A DNA stretch of 63,536 nt, the filler included, from Asterionella formosa (taxonomy: Eukaryota): the NCBI GenBank assembly GCA_002256025.1. It is 21 parts of 21 records of this genome, joined end to end, with 100 filler letters (N's around TTAATTAATTAA, not from the genome) between each part and the next. Parts side by side here need not be neighbours in the genome. Positions count along the whole stretch, not along the records: positions 24,305 to 27,239 come from NKIB01014641.1; positions 27,340 to 30,269 come from NKIB01014642.1; positions 30,370 to 33,299 come from NKIB01014643.1; positions 33,400 to 36,330 come from NKIB01014644.1; positions 36,431 to 39,358 come from NKIB01014645.1; 16 more parts are not named here. The stretch is one strand, 5' to 3'. Position 1 is the first letter of the stretch. Every line of letters starts with the position of its first letter. The notes beneath the pieces are model-generated. The model saw only the letters and a list, made by a program, of their open reading frames with translations. It did not search any database and had not been told where the DNA came from. Shown one piece after another: positions 24,305-36,822 of this stretch. The translations under genes and the position numbers were made by a program.

Positions 24305-27239
24305 TTGAGACTCTTCCAGACCTTGTAGTTCTAACATTTGGGTCTGAGTCATCCTGAGTGCTTGGATTGACTTCTAACATTGCCTCTTCATTTTCAGTTT
24401 CATTTGCTGGCTCTTCATCCTCATCTTGGATTTCATCTGAATTCATTTCAATATTATTCTCATTGTTGCCCTCGTCAGGTTCAGGGTCATCCTCTTGAGT
24501 ATTGTCATTTAATTCGAGCTGTTCTGCTTCATATATTTCATCCGGAGTCATTTCGTCATAGTCTTCTTCTCCAAGAATTTCATCATTGCTTTCGTTGTCA
24601 CTAGCATCTTGATCTTCATAATCTTCATCTTGTGCATCTTCAAATGCTTCATTATCATAATCCACTCCTGCAATCCAAGCACTATCATAAAATAGTTGCC
24701 CCGTTCGATTTGCTATCTTGAGACCATCTGGCATATTTTCCTGCACAGCAAGGGCGTGTACTTGATTCATGATTGCTGGGGTAAGTGGTAGAGGAGTAAT
24801 TGTTCGTCTAGTGATCAATGAATTTGTAGGTAGGTGTAACAATTCATGACCTCCTTGCACATTGTCATTGTAGCGTAGAAAAATGCAATCTAGGCTGCGA
24901 GGTGCATTTGTGTTTGAAAACACAGGTTCTTCATGTGCTTGGACATAAGTGCCAAATGTATACTGGCAATGTCGAGCATAGTCCAGGTTTCGTTGATGTA
25001 AAATCATACGAGGACTGTAATACGGGGATATCCCGTTCTTTGCCGGAAAGAAATTCAGTTTCCTTGCAGATTCTGTCACTAGAATCTTAATCATCAGTCG
25101 CGGCAAATGTTTGAAAGGTAATCGATGATAAGCTGCGCGCACGCGTTCTTTAATCACTCGATTATTTCGCTCCGCTTCGGGAACATGTTCTTGTGGGTTT
25201 GCGTAGTTCATAGTGACTTGAAATTCATTGGAAATTTGTTCCATCAAAGGTCGAAACTCGTTGTCACAGTGGATTGTTGTAATTTTAAATCCTCCGGTAT
25301 TATAAACACGGAATACTTGAATCAAAGCATCTCGATAGACTTCAGCTGTCTGATTCTTGACCCATTGCGCTGTCCTATACATAATGTTTCGAGAAATTGT
25401 GGTGAGAAATGATTGTCCATTGACTTTCATTCCGTCCATGCAAAGAGTCACTTCGCGTTGAGCTTGAATAAGCTCCTTAGGAATCTCGATGTAGTCGTTC
25501 ACGACTGGCAGCGGCTTGCGACGAGTTGTCTTGCCTTTTAGTGTTCCGATGTCAGGCCCAAAAATTTTCTCTGCAATTTTGATATCATCGGTAGTCACTG
25601 GATTATTGTTGATCGTATTCATACGAATTATTGCCTTGAAATCATTAATTGATGGTGTACCCAAGGCATGAAATAGATCACGAGCTCGCTTAGCTCTCTG
25701 AAATTGACGTTCAGTGTAAAATGTTTTGTTTTCTTCAAGTGTATTTAACATTTGAGCATTCTCCGCTCTCATTCTTGTAGTTGGCTTGAAAACATAAGTT
25801 CATCCCAATTCTTTCAAATCGAACTGTTTTGTCAGGCAAATGAACAATGAATGCATCTTCTTTCTCAGAGTCATAGGTAATTCTGTACCTATCTGCCATT
25901 TCGGCATAACTGAAGATGTTTGTGATTGCCTTTTCATTAAACCATACTTCTCCCCATTCTGGAAGATCAGCCTTCATATTAGTTACCACGGATCCACCAT
26001 TTGTGGCCAGGTGCATGCTTCCGTTGGTTGACATTCGAATGTTATTAACCATTTTTGGATTGCAAAAGACTGTGACACTTGATTGATTATCCAATAGTAT
26101 CCAGTCACGCATCTCAGATGCTTGGTAAAATTGTAGTTTCATATGAGCTCCCGTCCATCCAAATTGATTGGCATTTGCTTGCTGTGAAGCTTGTGATGAC
26201 GGCGGGTTGTTGGAATTAACAGAGGTAACTGTACTCGTGTCGGATGTATTATTAGCCTGTGCCTGTGCATGGCTTTGAGCCTTGTTGATAGCCCATTCCT
26301 CTTTGGGTTTATTCTTGTCTCGGCACGAAGGAGATTTGTGACCTGCTTTTCCGCAGCAGTAACATTTTCCTTCTAACTGTGCAAACGATAAGTTCACATC
26401 TTCGTCTTCCCTGCCTGCATCCTTATGTTTCCTCTCTTTATCATTATCTGGTTTCTTGTAGACAGATTTATTTGTTACGTCAAACCGATGGTTGCTGAGA
26501 ACATTATTTGATTCGGTGATGCTCTTCGGGTATTGATCGTTGCCGAGTGACTGTTGAGTGTTCAGCCCGGTCATAATTGAACCGTATTTAGCTTTATCGG
26601 CATTATCGAGATATAAATATGCCATAAATTGACTGAAAGCCTGTTCGCGAAATTTATCTCGTTGTTTGATGTCATTCTCATTGTATCCATCCATGGCTTC
26701 AACGAACTTGGTGAGGATAATGGGTCCTCCCATGTGTGACTTGAGCACATCTCGTGCCACACGAAATCTCTTGGTGTAGTCTTGTAGACTTTCTCCTTCC
26801 TTTTGCTTCGTGAACAAAAGCGTTCTCATCGCATCTAAAATGATCGACATTGAATATCGATTCTCTTGAAAATTTAATGCGTGTTCTTTAATTGCCATAA
26901 GCAATGTTATTGGGTTATTTTTGATCCTATTGTAATCGGATCTCGCTTCAATCTTGTTCTTCATGGCTTTGTTGCATCTTTCCCAGAGCAACGCATAAGC
27001 CTTGGTATTATTATTTTCGTAGGCCTGTACCCTTTTACTGTAGTTGTCATAATCAGCCTTAAACTCGATCTCAAATTGTCGATTCTCTGCAGCGCGATCT
27101 TCTTCTGTTGTCGCAATGCTCACTTGCATTCTTGGCTTCCATGCCGATGTGTTGATTGGTTCTAATGACTTGAGTGCGCTTCCAATGTCGCTGCCATAAT
27201 CAAACACTTTCTTGATATGATTGATGAGGTACTCAGTAG
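24305..27239 (-). mobile_element. Ty1/copia (diatom CoDi-like) gag-protease-integrase, nearly intact
   Basis: Zn knuckle CYCCGKAGHKSPSC; protease WILLDNQS; integrase MDGM, HCDNEF, EHVPEAERNNRVIKER. A single frameshift near 25795 is a 2-bp deletion relative to the copy near 63480. Confidence 0.95.
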
Positions 27240-27494
27240 NNNNNNNNNNNNNNNNNNNNNNNNNNNNNNNNNNNNNNNNNNNNTTAATTAATTAANNNNN
27301 NNNNNNNNNNNNNNNNNNNNNNNNNNNNNNNNNNNNNNNGGAGCTTTCTTTTCTCCTCCGCGGCGCTGCTCTCCATAGCCCCTGAACAACGATTGTTTCC
27401 AAACGTCGACTGGTATGCACTTGATGGTGAATGGATGGTTTTCACAGGATTCCGAGGGTGAAAGAACGTTTCATGTACCGGTTGGAATATGATA

Positions 27495-27807
27495 CTGCAG
27501 TTTTGGCATACACCTCATCTCTTTCAAATGGTGCAGTACATCACGTTTTACTGTAGATTTGGATGCTAATCCCCTAGAATGTGCTCTCCAAATTTTGTGA
27601 GTTTTCAAATAATTGGGGGGTCTCATTCAAGCATACGAGTTATGAAAATTCTCAAGTTCCCAGCTATCGCCTTGCCATTCAGGTACTTTTACTAATTTTT
27701 AGTCTCTAAGAAAATTCTTAACTACTTTTTATTTACGGGCAATATGGGGCACATCGAATTTTTCGGCAATAAAATTGCAGATTTTAGCATGACAGCCAGA
27801 ATTACAG
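27495..27807. mobile_element. Tc1/mariner-type MITE with TA target duplication
   Basis: TA|CTGCAGTTTTGGC ... GCCAGAATTACAG|TA: imperfect 13-bp TIRs with TA on both sides. A second partial copy lies at 3041-3110. Confidence 0.6.
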
Positions 27808-28849
27808 TACTATAGTATATGTATGCATAAAATACATATTTTGTGTTGGTGATGGTGATGGTACACTGAGCATCGAACACACAAGAATGATTGTAACATA
27901 CAATCAAAGTATGATATACAATCGAATTAGTAGAGTCATGTGGGAAAAAAATGTTTTGGGTTAGAAATGAAGTAAACCTCATCAGTTTCTGAGGAGATGT
28001 ATGTATTGTATGCACTAGTGCTTACACCACAGGAAGCATTGACTTTCCATCCCACAATCGATGGAAAAAATAACTCAGCAATGAAATAGAAAACCTGAAC
28101 CCAATTGAAATGCATCTGTATCGTACTATAGAGTAGCTGATCTGGTTCTTGGAACCATAAAAATAGCTGTCGCCTGATAGTACCAGAAGACAGGTAGTAG
28201 CAGTCTCCCCCAAACAACCCTGATCGATCCATTCTGTGTGTGATCGCCAGGCTGCTCCTCTATCAACTCCCTCTATGTGGTTATTCCTGAATATTGAAAC
28301 ATAGCTTATGATTCAAAGCAACTTGGTGTTGAAAGCTAGCAAACTGAGTTAATAAACAAGAAAAGCATTGCTTGGTGGCAATATTGAAATCATGGTCAAT
28401 GACTATACAATCAACAAATAAATTCAAACAATATCTCTTCAAAGAGTATGTGCTAGTACAAACATTTGCCTGTATACAAATAGATACAATCCAACCGAAG
28501 CAACAGTATAGAACGACTAAAAATGACGAAAGCAATCAAAATGGCAAAAAGAAGCAATCAAATAGCAAATTGGACCAAAAGCATCTACATACCACATTCT
28601 GTGCTTCGGTGTTATACTCACCAGTCCGCTCTAACTACTAGCATAACAAGCAGCAGAAGACGGGATCAATCGAAAGTCGAAAGTTCCCTGGTGGAAGCCC
28701 AAATCTCAAACAAGTCTCCAATTGCTTGAATTCTGGTCCACTGACTCAAGTAGCTAGTTCCATTCTGTGAATGACGATGTTCTTTGAATTGCAAACATTG
28801 TTGCACATGCAAGATGGCGAAGAAGGAAGGTGGGAATCACCAGAGGCCA

Positions 28850-29330
28850 CCAATTGACAAATCCAAGAACAGTTTGTTGATTTCTATCCTAATGTGAGTC
28901 GGAATGACGAGACGAATCTGCTATTTTTTGCTGTCCCAGAAGTCGCAGTTTCATATATTGATGCTTGGGTGTGTCATCAACTTTGCGGAAATGACAGCAA
29001 TGGTGACATTGTCTCCTCCCACCACACAATTGCTTTGCAACACATGTATCCACCCACAAAGAAGTATTCTTTCCAGATGGAAACTCAGGCATAACTCCTC
29101 CATCCATTAGTAGGTACACAAACTTACGCCAACCAGTTCCTTTCGCATGATGACCATGCCAATACAAGTCAACCAAACTTTTTTCCGCCACAACCACTTT
29201 ATTTACCCTTTTTCCAGTCTTTCCATTAATTTTAGAGACCGTTCTTGCTAACATATTCTTGATGAACTTCATGTCATCTTCGAAATTGATTCTGAGGTGC
29301 ATTTGTTCATACAAGAGCTCGATCGGAGTC
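28850..29330 (-). pseudogene. Degenerate KolX-like (Kolobok accessory / P2X7 C-terminal-like) ORF
   Basis: RRQCHHCCHFRK...LRLLGQQK then, after a frameshift, QIRLVIPTHIRIEINKLFLD. This resembles the KolX/P2X7 tail pattern RH..YR.....LG...R.VIP.C....IR..FP. It lies about 550 bp inside a GG..CC-type terminus. Confidence 0.4.
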
Positions 29331-29662
29331 CATTTTTGTTAATAGGAACTTTCTGTGCAGATAATGTCAAAATAGCTCAAAATTAAATGAAAATGACTAC
29401 CCTCGTAGATCCATCAACTCATTATATATGACCAGACATTTGTGATGCTCAAACTGGTGTTGGATTCACAAATCTCGCAATAAGGTACAAATAAAAGTAA
29501 CGGTCGAAGATAGCCATTGTGATGGCAAAACTACAAGCATTTTTGCGTGGTATTAATAATTTAAAAGGGTTACCATTACCGGTATCCATTTTGCCATACA
29601 CGAGCCTACCCTACGTCGTCAAAATTTGGACCTAAAAATTCCTATGTAGGGGGGCGGCAGCA

Positions 29663-29867
29663 GGTCCTTACCATATCTGACGATGGAACACACATGAATA
29701 CTCAATGGCTGTATCGAACGATTTGCAAATCGGTGGTTTTCTTGGTGAAAGCTAGTTTTACCTTTAACTAGTTTCGGTTCACGTAAATAGAGTGTGGGTT
29801 GAGGTACATCAACGAAATAGTTTGGATAAATTCAGACCTCGAACTCTATAAACATGGGGGCGCAACC
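29663..29867. mobile_element. Terminal region of a Kolobok-like DNA transposon
   Basis: About 205 bp colinear with 41766-41970 (CCTTACCATATC, TTGGTGAAAGCTA.TTTTACCTT, AGGTACATCA, GACCTCG). It ends GGGGGCGCAACC, compared with GGGGCCACAGCC|TTAA in the other copy. Confidence 0.6.
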
Positions 29868-31149
29868 AATAATAAAATTTCCTGCAGCCAGAAGGAAAAC
29901 ATTAGTTGAAGGAACTAGATATTGTTGATTAAGATGGGAAGTTATAAGTGCATCTTCAAACACATCAACTCTTCCATAAATATCATAAGTAGAATTTTAC
30001 TAGGTATACTGTTAGTCTGTTATTCTGAAGAAACGGGATAGAGGGATGTTTTTAAGGATCAGGATGTCCAGGAAATCAGGGAACAGTCAAAAACAAGAAG
30101 ATGAGGACTATAAATGTAGTGAATAATGAACTCAGTCATCAAATTACTAACTACACAATGACGGATTTATCGGCAAAGAAAGGAAGTGCATCAGACGCTT
30201 CTTCACTTTCTCTGAAGTCTTTGACGAAAGCTTTGATCCCATTGGGGCCATCAGCTCGTGCAATAATCTNNNNNNNNNNNNNNNNNNNNNNNNNNNNNNN
30301 NNNNNNNNNNNNNTTAATTAATTAANNNNNNNNNNNNNNNNNNNNNNNNNNNNNNNNNNNNNNNNNNNNCATTGTCATCATCATTGTTACCCTTGTTGTT
30401 ATCTCGTTCGCCTTGATTGGTTTCATACAGCATCATATAACTTCACTTTTATGGTCCCTTAGCTAAGACTATTCAATTGCTAATAGTAGAATAACCAGCA
30501 TGGCTCTTCCTGGCGTTCTTAGCATCCCTGGATACTCATAGATTACCCAACCCAGGATCAACCCAACAGGCGCGGTGATGGTGAGTGCTATAAAGCGGGG
30601 AAAGAGGTGGTTACACTCCCTCGAATGGGATTCGAACTAGTACACTGAGGTTTTGCAACGGTGACACACCTGTTGGCTGCATTGTCTTGAATAGAAAATC
30701 CAAATTGCTTCTATAGAGAGCTTCTTTTAAGTATGTGGATCGAGCAGGCGAATTAAAAGAATTGTTGCAACTACAGTTGAACAGAGGGAGAACTACTAGC
30801 TAAGGTAAAGGACCCGAGTAAAACAGTTCTTGACTGGAACCACCACCAGGTCATTTTGGGAGCTGCCAACGAGCAACTCCAGGAGGGTAATCCCAAAAAA
30901 CTAGCATGGACCCAGATACTGGGTGGAAGGCTAGTGTACTCTTAGTTTATGATATGAGAATTATCGGTAAAGATAGGAACACCCACAAGAAGCTATGACA
31001 AATGTAAAAGAAGCCAATCATCATCATCCTGATACCTGGTAGGAGTGTACCTGTTATGTCTACTCCCTCTTGTTGAAAATAATTGCGGTGATTGTTAAAT
31101 TTCTCAGGTACCTTACCTGGCACTCCTCGTTGTTGTTACTGAATACTGT

Positions 31150-32126
31150 CAAGTTGCGGTAATTTTGCTTTTTTGTGTCATTCCCCAACCTGACAGATGC
31201 ATCCCGACTCGGCAGCCATTGAGAAATCAAAGTTCAAAACTTATAACGGCTGGTAATGCTGGCCGAAATAAACAAAGACTATGCAAAATTCGATATTTTG
31301 AGATAATTCAGAAAAAACAGATTTGACAAATCGTCATTTCGGGTTAAAGTACTGAAGGACTATTTTAGTTTAAGCAAATGGGCTCTACTTTAAGCAAAAC
31401 TACCAGTACTTTAAGCAAAATTTTGCTTAAACTACCGGTAGAAGTCCTTAATTCATATTCTGGCTGCTAAAACTACATACCGGTAGACAAACACATCTTC
31501 ATGGAACTCTGTGGACTGAGACCAAAGAATGAACAAAATTGTCGAAGTTTTGTTGCATCGCAAGTTCTTTCATTCCTATTCTCATTAAATCCTGCATGAT
31601 GAAGGCCCAGATCAAGAAAATCGGAAACAGAGAGAGAGAGCATGGTGTGTTAGAAGGAAAGGACAGGCGATTTTGTTTCGTTCAAATTGTTCATGGAATC
31701 ACTGATGCATTATGGGTTTGTTTGAAAATATATTTTGTTTGACTCTATTATATCACTGTTACCTGTCTTGTGTTTGCCGGTATAATATGATTATATTACG
31801 ACAGGTACTGGTAGTAGGTGGGTGTGATGGCAGTGAAGGGTCAAAATGGTGACATCACACATTAAGCAAAATTGCAACTTTAAGCAAAACGGTCCTACTA
31901 TAAGCAAAATCAATGGAAGCAAATGGCAGAATAAGCAAAACAGATTGGTCTCAATATTTTAGGCTTAAAATAAGATTAATCTAAATATAATTTGGAACAA
32001 CAAGCCGGCCGGTTGATTAATCGAACAGCTGTCAAAGATATGCACAAGTGTCAACTTGCAAGTGGAATCACCATATTGCTGGGACGACGACGTACATAGC
32101 ACAGTAAGCAAAATTACCGCAACTTG
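31150..32126. mobile_element. Non-autonomous DNA transposon (about 977 bp) with perfect 21-bp TIRs
   Basis: CAAGTTGCGGTAATTTTGCTT (31150-31170) and AAGCAAAATTACCGCAACTTG (32106-32126), with many internal TAAGCAAA repeats of the TIR core. No clear TSD. Confidence 0.85.
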
Positions 32127-32628
32127 CATGTTACCACGTACCAGGTACCTGGTACCTGGTACCATGTCATCTGTGCATACATTATTTGACCTGAAGTCAT
32201 TCTTGCAGATGCCGCTTTTTCATAGGGGGACTAGCAATGGTACCGATAATGGCCAAATGTGTTTGTTAGGCTGTTGATATCGAAAAAAAGACTGGTGTCT
32301 GAGGAAGAGAAGCAGACAACACAGAGGACATTTTTATAAATATGTGTACCTGTAGTCTGTACAGTATTTGGAGGCACTTATGTAGAGAAATTTGACGCAA
32401 CGAGCGGCCTGCGAAAGAGCTGGACCGATGCATCATTCTGGGGCAGTTTTCTTGAGAGCGCAAGGAAGAGCAAATATTATTCTTACAAACCGGATTACCT
32501 GTACAAAGCGGGTGTTAAACGTGGTCACTATTTTGTAAGTACCTGGTAGTGTGCAGTACCGGTAAATACTGAAGAGCAGAAGTCTACAACGTTTTCATCC
32601 GAGCACCAGGCGTCTGTTGGAAATTTCT

Positions 32629-33142
32629 ATGAAACTCGAAGTAGAGGCTTTACCTAAAGAAAAGAACAGACTAAAACATCCCGGCGACAACGGGAGGCTG
32701 CATGTGGACCAGAGAGTTTATCTTTTTCTGTGTTTTACGAGGTACGAGCTCCAGATTACTTCTACATACATATTATTCAACGTTACCCAGTTAGTAGGCT
32801 TTTTGTTTTTCAGCATTTTTTTAATCAATATATATATATAGCACTGAGGAAGCATTTATCAATCGTACAATGGCGCGGCTGGCTGCAAATATCAACAATT
32901 TTGGCGAAGTCGCGGACTATTTGCTCTCTGTAAAAGACCCACCTTTTCGGGCCTGTTGTTTTGAGCGATTACATGCGATAATTTCATCGCAGGTGGGCAG
33001 AGATGCAAACTTAAATTCTGTTCTTGGTCGTCGTCATTGTCACTGACAGCGTTTCATTCCTCGTACACACATGAAATTCTCAAAAGAGTCGACTTTGCCT
33101 CCCAGAATTCATTCGAAGAAGATACCTGTTCCTCCCAATTGA
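32629..33142 (+). CDS. Hypothetical spliced gene (further 5' exons possible)
   Basis: Phase-consistent join(32629-32741, 32842-32992, 33050-33142) with GT..AG introns, one with a CACTGAC branch site. No recognisable domain. Confidence 0.35.
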
Positions 33143-33399
33143 ATTCATTCATCGAAAAAGGACTCTTAATAGTCTCCGACAAGAACACGTGTCGACATGT
33201 CTCCTCCAGCAGAATGGGCTGCCTTGCCGCCACCACCTCCTCCTCCAGGACCACCTCCTAAACGAAAACCCACCCAAATGACGTTCAAAGTAGGAGCTGN
33301 NNNNNNNNNNNNNNNNNNNNNNNNNNNNNNNNNNNNNNNNNNNTTAATTAATTAANNNNNNNNNNNNNNNNNNNNNNNNNNNNNNNNNNNNNNNNNNNN

Positions 33400-34430
33400 G
33401 TTCTGTTGAGGAGTATGGGGGGCAGTATACTCAATCTGAATACCCTGCGTGGTGCAGACGATACTTAGACTGGTCATGTTTTCACCGGCATTTTCCAGCG
33501 TAGGAAGCGTGCTACATAGCCCGCTGACTTGAGTGTAGTCAATAGGGCATCCGCGATGCTCGCCAAAAGACTTTTCTTGTTAACAAAATAACTCCATGCC
33601 TTGCCTGTGTACTGATCCACGAATAGAATCCAATAGTTGCTTCCAATTAGAGATTTCTTGTAGGGACCTGAAATGTCCACGTACAATCGTTCAGCAGGAG
33701 TAGAGGCCTTGAGGGTCGTGACTTTAGGTACCGCTTTGGCCTTTGCCTTAGCTAGTGCGCAGCCTTCACACGACTGAATCTTGCCCGTATGTTCAATACC
33801 GAGGGACTTTAGCGTTGCGCGAAGGGATGCCTCCCTGATGTGGCCGTATTTGTCGTGGGCCTCGTTGATGTCAATTTGCGTTGGTTTCTTGGTAGTTTAT
33901 GTCGTAGGAAGTTGCGTCACTGTCTTGGTATTCGTTGGAGTAGGATCAGGTGTACGGTTTGTTGTCGAGTCGTGAATAGACAAGACCGTTTCGGACTGTA
34001 GGGTACGTTTTCCCTTGAAGTAGTAAAGGACGCCTTGATCCTCACAAGAAAAGGTTAGTTCGTTGTCGTACCCTTCCTTATGTAGACTCAACTCAGACCC
34101 CTTCATGCGTGCCTCGCACCCTCCGTTCTTGACAAATTGCCCGATACTGAAGATATTCTTGTGGAAGTGAGGAGTGTAGAGTACCTTGCGTAGTAACATG
34201 GAGCACGTCTTGTTGGTAATCAGAATATCACCTCGTTTCGTGCATACCACCTCTTTACCGTCACCGACAATGACCGAGACGTTGACATTTTCGACGTTTG
34301 TCATGTATTCGTCAGTCTAGTGATGTGCGTGGTAGCCCCAGTGTCCGCGAGCCAGCGCTCCGTTCCGTTGCTTGATGCGCAGTATTGGTCTTCGTACCAC
34401 TCGTCTTCCATTGTAGGGACGAAACACACG
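33400..34430 (-). mobile_element. Degenerate canonical Ty1/copia fragment (protease, GAG-pre-integrase, integrase)
   Basis: WLADTGATTHIT; AHDKYGH...CEGCALAK (HHCC); LYVDISGP, YWILFVDQYT, IEYTAPHTPQQN. Frameshifted. Confidence 0.9.
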
Positions 34431-35639
34431 CGTACCGGTACAGGTATACAGCTAGCTTTCCAGCATTCTAATGATAAGAGGTACTCCGAGTACCACGTAC
34501 CTGGTACCAGGTACAAGGTGCCGGCATGTTGAGCTACGCATGATCTATGTAACAATACAGCTGGTACTGTAGCAATAAGACATACCAGTTCCAGGGACGT
34601 ATATATTATACCGGTATACCTATAGTAGTCACGAAATTCTACCAAGGTAGTATTTTCTTGTAGGCCTCGGTAGGCTTCTACTGAGGACAGAAAATACCTC
34701 CAAGGTACCAGGTATGTATGTACCAGGTGAAAATTCTACCTTGGAGAATTTTTAGCCATATGTGATCAAGGTTTAAAAATTGCTTACCGTTATGTTCATT
34801 ATTTTCGCAATAGAGCGTTGTTGCACTGGTAGGTAACTTTTGTTCAAATTGTGTACATACCATCGTACTGGGTACCTGGTACCGGTCGTCAGTATCCATA
34901 CGTATTCAGTATGCAAGGTAAAAATCACATGATATACCGGGACTTACTACCGGTAAATTAAAAATATTTATTACTCTGGGGTATCATGATAAACCCTCAC
35001 ATAGATCACCACCCCTACCTCCAAACCAAACCACCAACTGAAACATGGTCAAATGCATATGAATATGGCGACATATGACTGTGCCAGTTACCATACCAGG
35101 TACCGTGTGATGTCGGCAAGATAGTCTACGGTACCGAGGTATTTATAATGGTCCTCTTGTCCTTGTCATGCATGATGATTTTATTATTTTATTATATTGT
35201 ACACACTTATCTGCTACAGGAGGTATTCTTGATTCACAAGGCATGATGGTTGATAACAATACAATGGAAAGAATTTTCGCCCTGTAAAATATCACTGTTA
35301 ACCCTAACCTCATTATAATGATGAGGTAGAATGTACTCCCCAAACGAGGAAAAAAAATTCTACCGGTTTGATTAAATATTTATGGACAAATATTCGCAAT
35401 ATTCGGACTTTCCCGGAAATCTCAGGGAAATGAGCGGAGTGCATTATGTATACTGGTAGAAGTCCACGATGACAAGAGTACCATGACAGCAACGAAAGCA
35501 AATACTGCCGGTAGTAGAATTGTTTCAGTCACAACATTCCTCACTCTTGTTGAATGATTGACAGAAGGTTCTCCTCCTCTCCTCTCCTCTCCTCTCACTT
35601 CCATTGTCTTGTACTCCCTACCAGGTACCCACCATCATC

Positions 35640-35924
35640 ATGTCGACAACAATAAAGGTTTGGTTCCAGTTGTTTCTTGGAGACACAGCCCTAGATCCCT
35701 TTAAAGTTACTTTGAATCAGAATGATGACATTGCTGACTTGAAGATTGAATGTGAAAATATTCTGAGTGCCATAGATTCAGCGCAGCTCCGTGTGTACCC
35801 ACCTGGAACTCAAGTGCCGGTTCCTGAGGGAGCTGATGATCCAAACCTGATACCTGAAGGTCCGGTTGCTCATCTGAATTGGGGAACTAGCAGAAAAAAT
35901 GCGTTCGTGATTTTTATAGAATGA
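35640..35924 (+). CDS. Crinkler (CRN)-like N-terminal ubiquitin-like header, short or truncated
   Basis: MSTTIKVWFQL...DDIADLK...LSAIDSAQLRVY resembles CRN/RHS header domains. No effector domain follows in frame. Confidence 0.5.
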   Translation: MSTTIKVWFQLFLGDTALDPFKVTLNQNDDIADLKIECENILSAIDSAQLRVYPPGTQVPVPEGADDPNLIPEGPVAHLNWGTSRKNAFVIFIE

Positions 35925-36494
35925 TTCTGATTAGAATGCATTTCATTTTCATATCGCTCGCTCGTTTCTGCATTTGGCATACTGTACTTGAATTAACTAT
36001 TGAACTTGTCCACATCTTTGATACCATCAAGAGAGCGAAAGCAAGTGGCTCTTTTCTCTGTTGTTTGCTCGTAGGAAGAATTTGATATCTGTATCGTCAT
36101 TTGCTTGTTGGAATTGTCCGTTGCCTCAAACTTGCTTGCCGTGTGCGTGCACACACTGTCGACTGGTTTTCAATGGTATGTTGTTCTTTGTATTCACTGT
36201 TGAACTTGTCCGCATCTTTGTTACCATCAATAGAGCGACGCAGACGAAGTGGGTCTCTTCATTGTTGTTTGCTCCTGGAAAAGTCGGTGTCCGTGTCATC
36301 CTCATCAATAGAGAGACAAGTTGCTTCTTTNNNNNNNNNNNNNNNNNNNNNNNNNNNNNNNNNNNNNNNNNNNNTTAATTAATTAANNNNNNNNNNNNNN
36401 NNNNNNNNNNNNNNNNNNNNNNNNNNNNNNAGAAAAATTATCAAGAGGTTGCTACATGGACACGAAGGCGATATGATCTATGATAGGTGCAGGT

Positions 36495-36544
36495 TGTTGA
36501 GGGGAGCCTTGTCATTAACAAAGGTGAGCTACAATATTATGACT
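36495..36544 (-). repeat. LTR 3'-end fragment of the copia family at 6081-6448
   Basis: The reverse complement GTCATAATATTGTAGCTCACCTTT...CCCCTCAACA matches 6400-6448. Confidence 0.75.
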
Positions 36545-36587
36545 TCACCGGTATGTTCAATGGCTGTCGTTCGATTTTCGCAACACT

Positions 36588-36822
36588 TGGTACCCGGTAG
36601 CAGGGTACCGGTACCCTGGTACATCATTCCCACGGGTCTCACACATATTACCTGGTACCGGTACGGTACCTGGTGGACCAGCTATTTGGAACGGAGTACC
36701 GGTAACTGGTACCAGGTACCATGATACCTACCTGTAGAACCAGCAGTATACCGGTACTGGTACTTACTATGTATTGGCCGAACAATATATACCGGTACCT
36801 GGTACCAGCACCTGATACCGCT
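36588..36822. repeat. TACCGGTA/TACC(A/T)GGTA-rich cluster
   Basis: More than 10 TA-CC(W)GG-TA-like units, e.g. TACCTGGTACCGGTACGGTACCTGG. Confidence 0.7.

Noticed and set aside
25735..25810. Possible programmed frameshift between gag-protease and integrase ORFs
   Set aside because: The sister copy near 63470-63500 has CTTATATGTT rather than CTTATGTT, giving a continuous frame (GMSLYVFKP). This is a private 2-bp deletion or assembly error.
30610..30700. tRNA-like B-box (GTTCGAATCCC on the minus strand)
   Set aside because: The T-stem and acceptor stem do not pair and there is no convincing A-box. At most a decayed tRNA-derived fragment.
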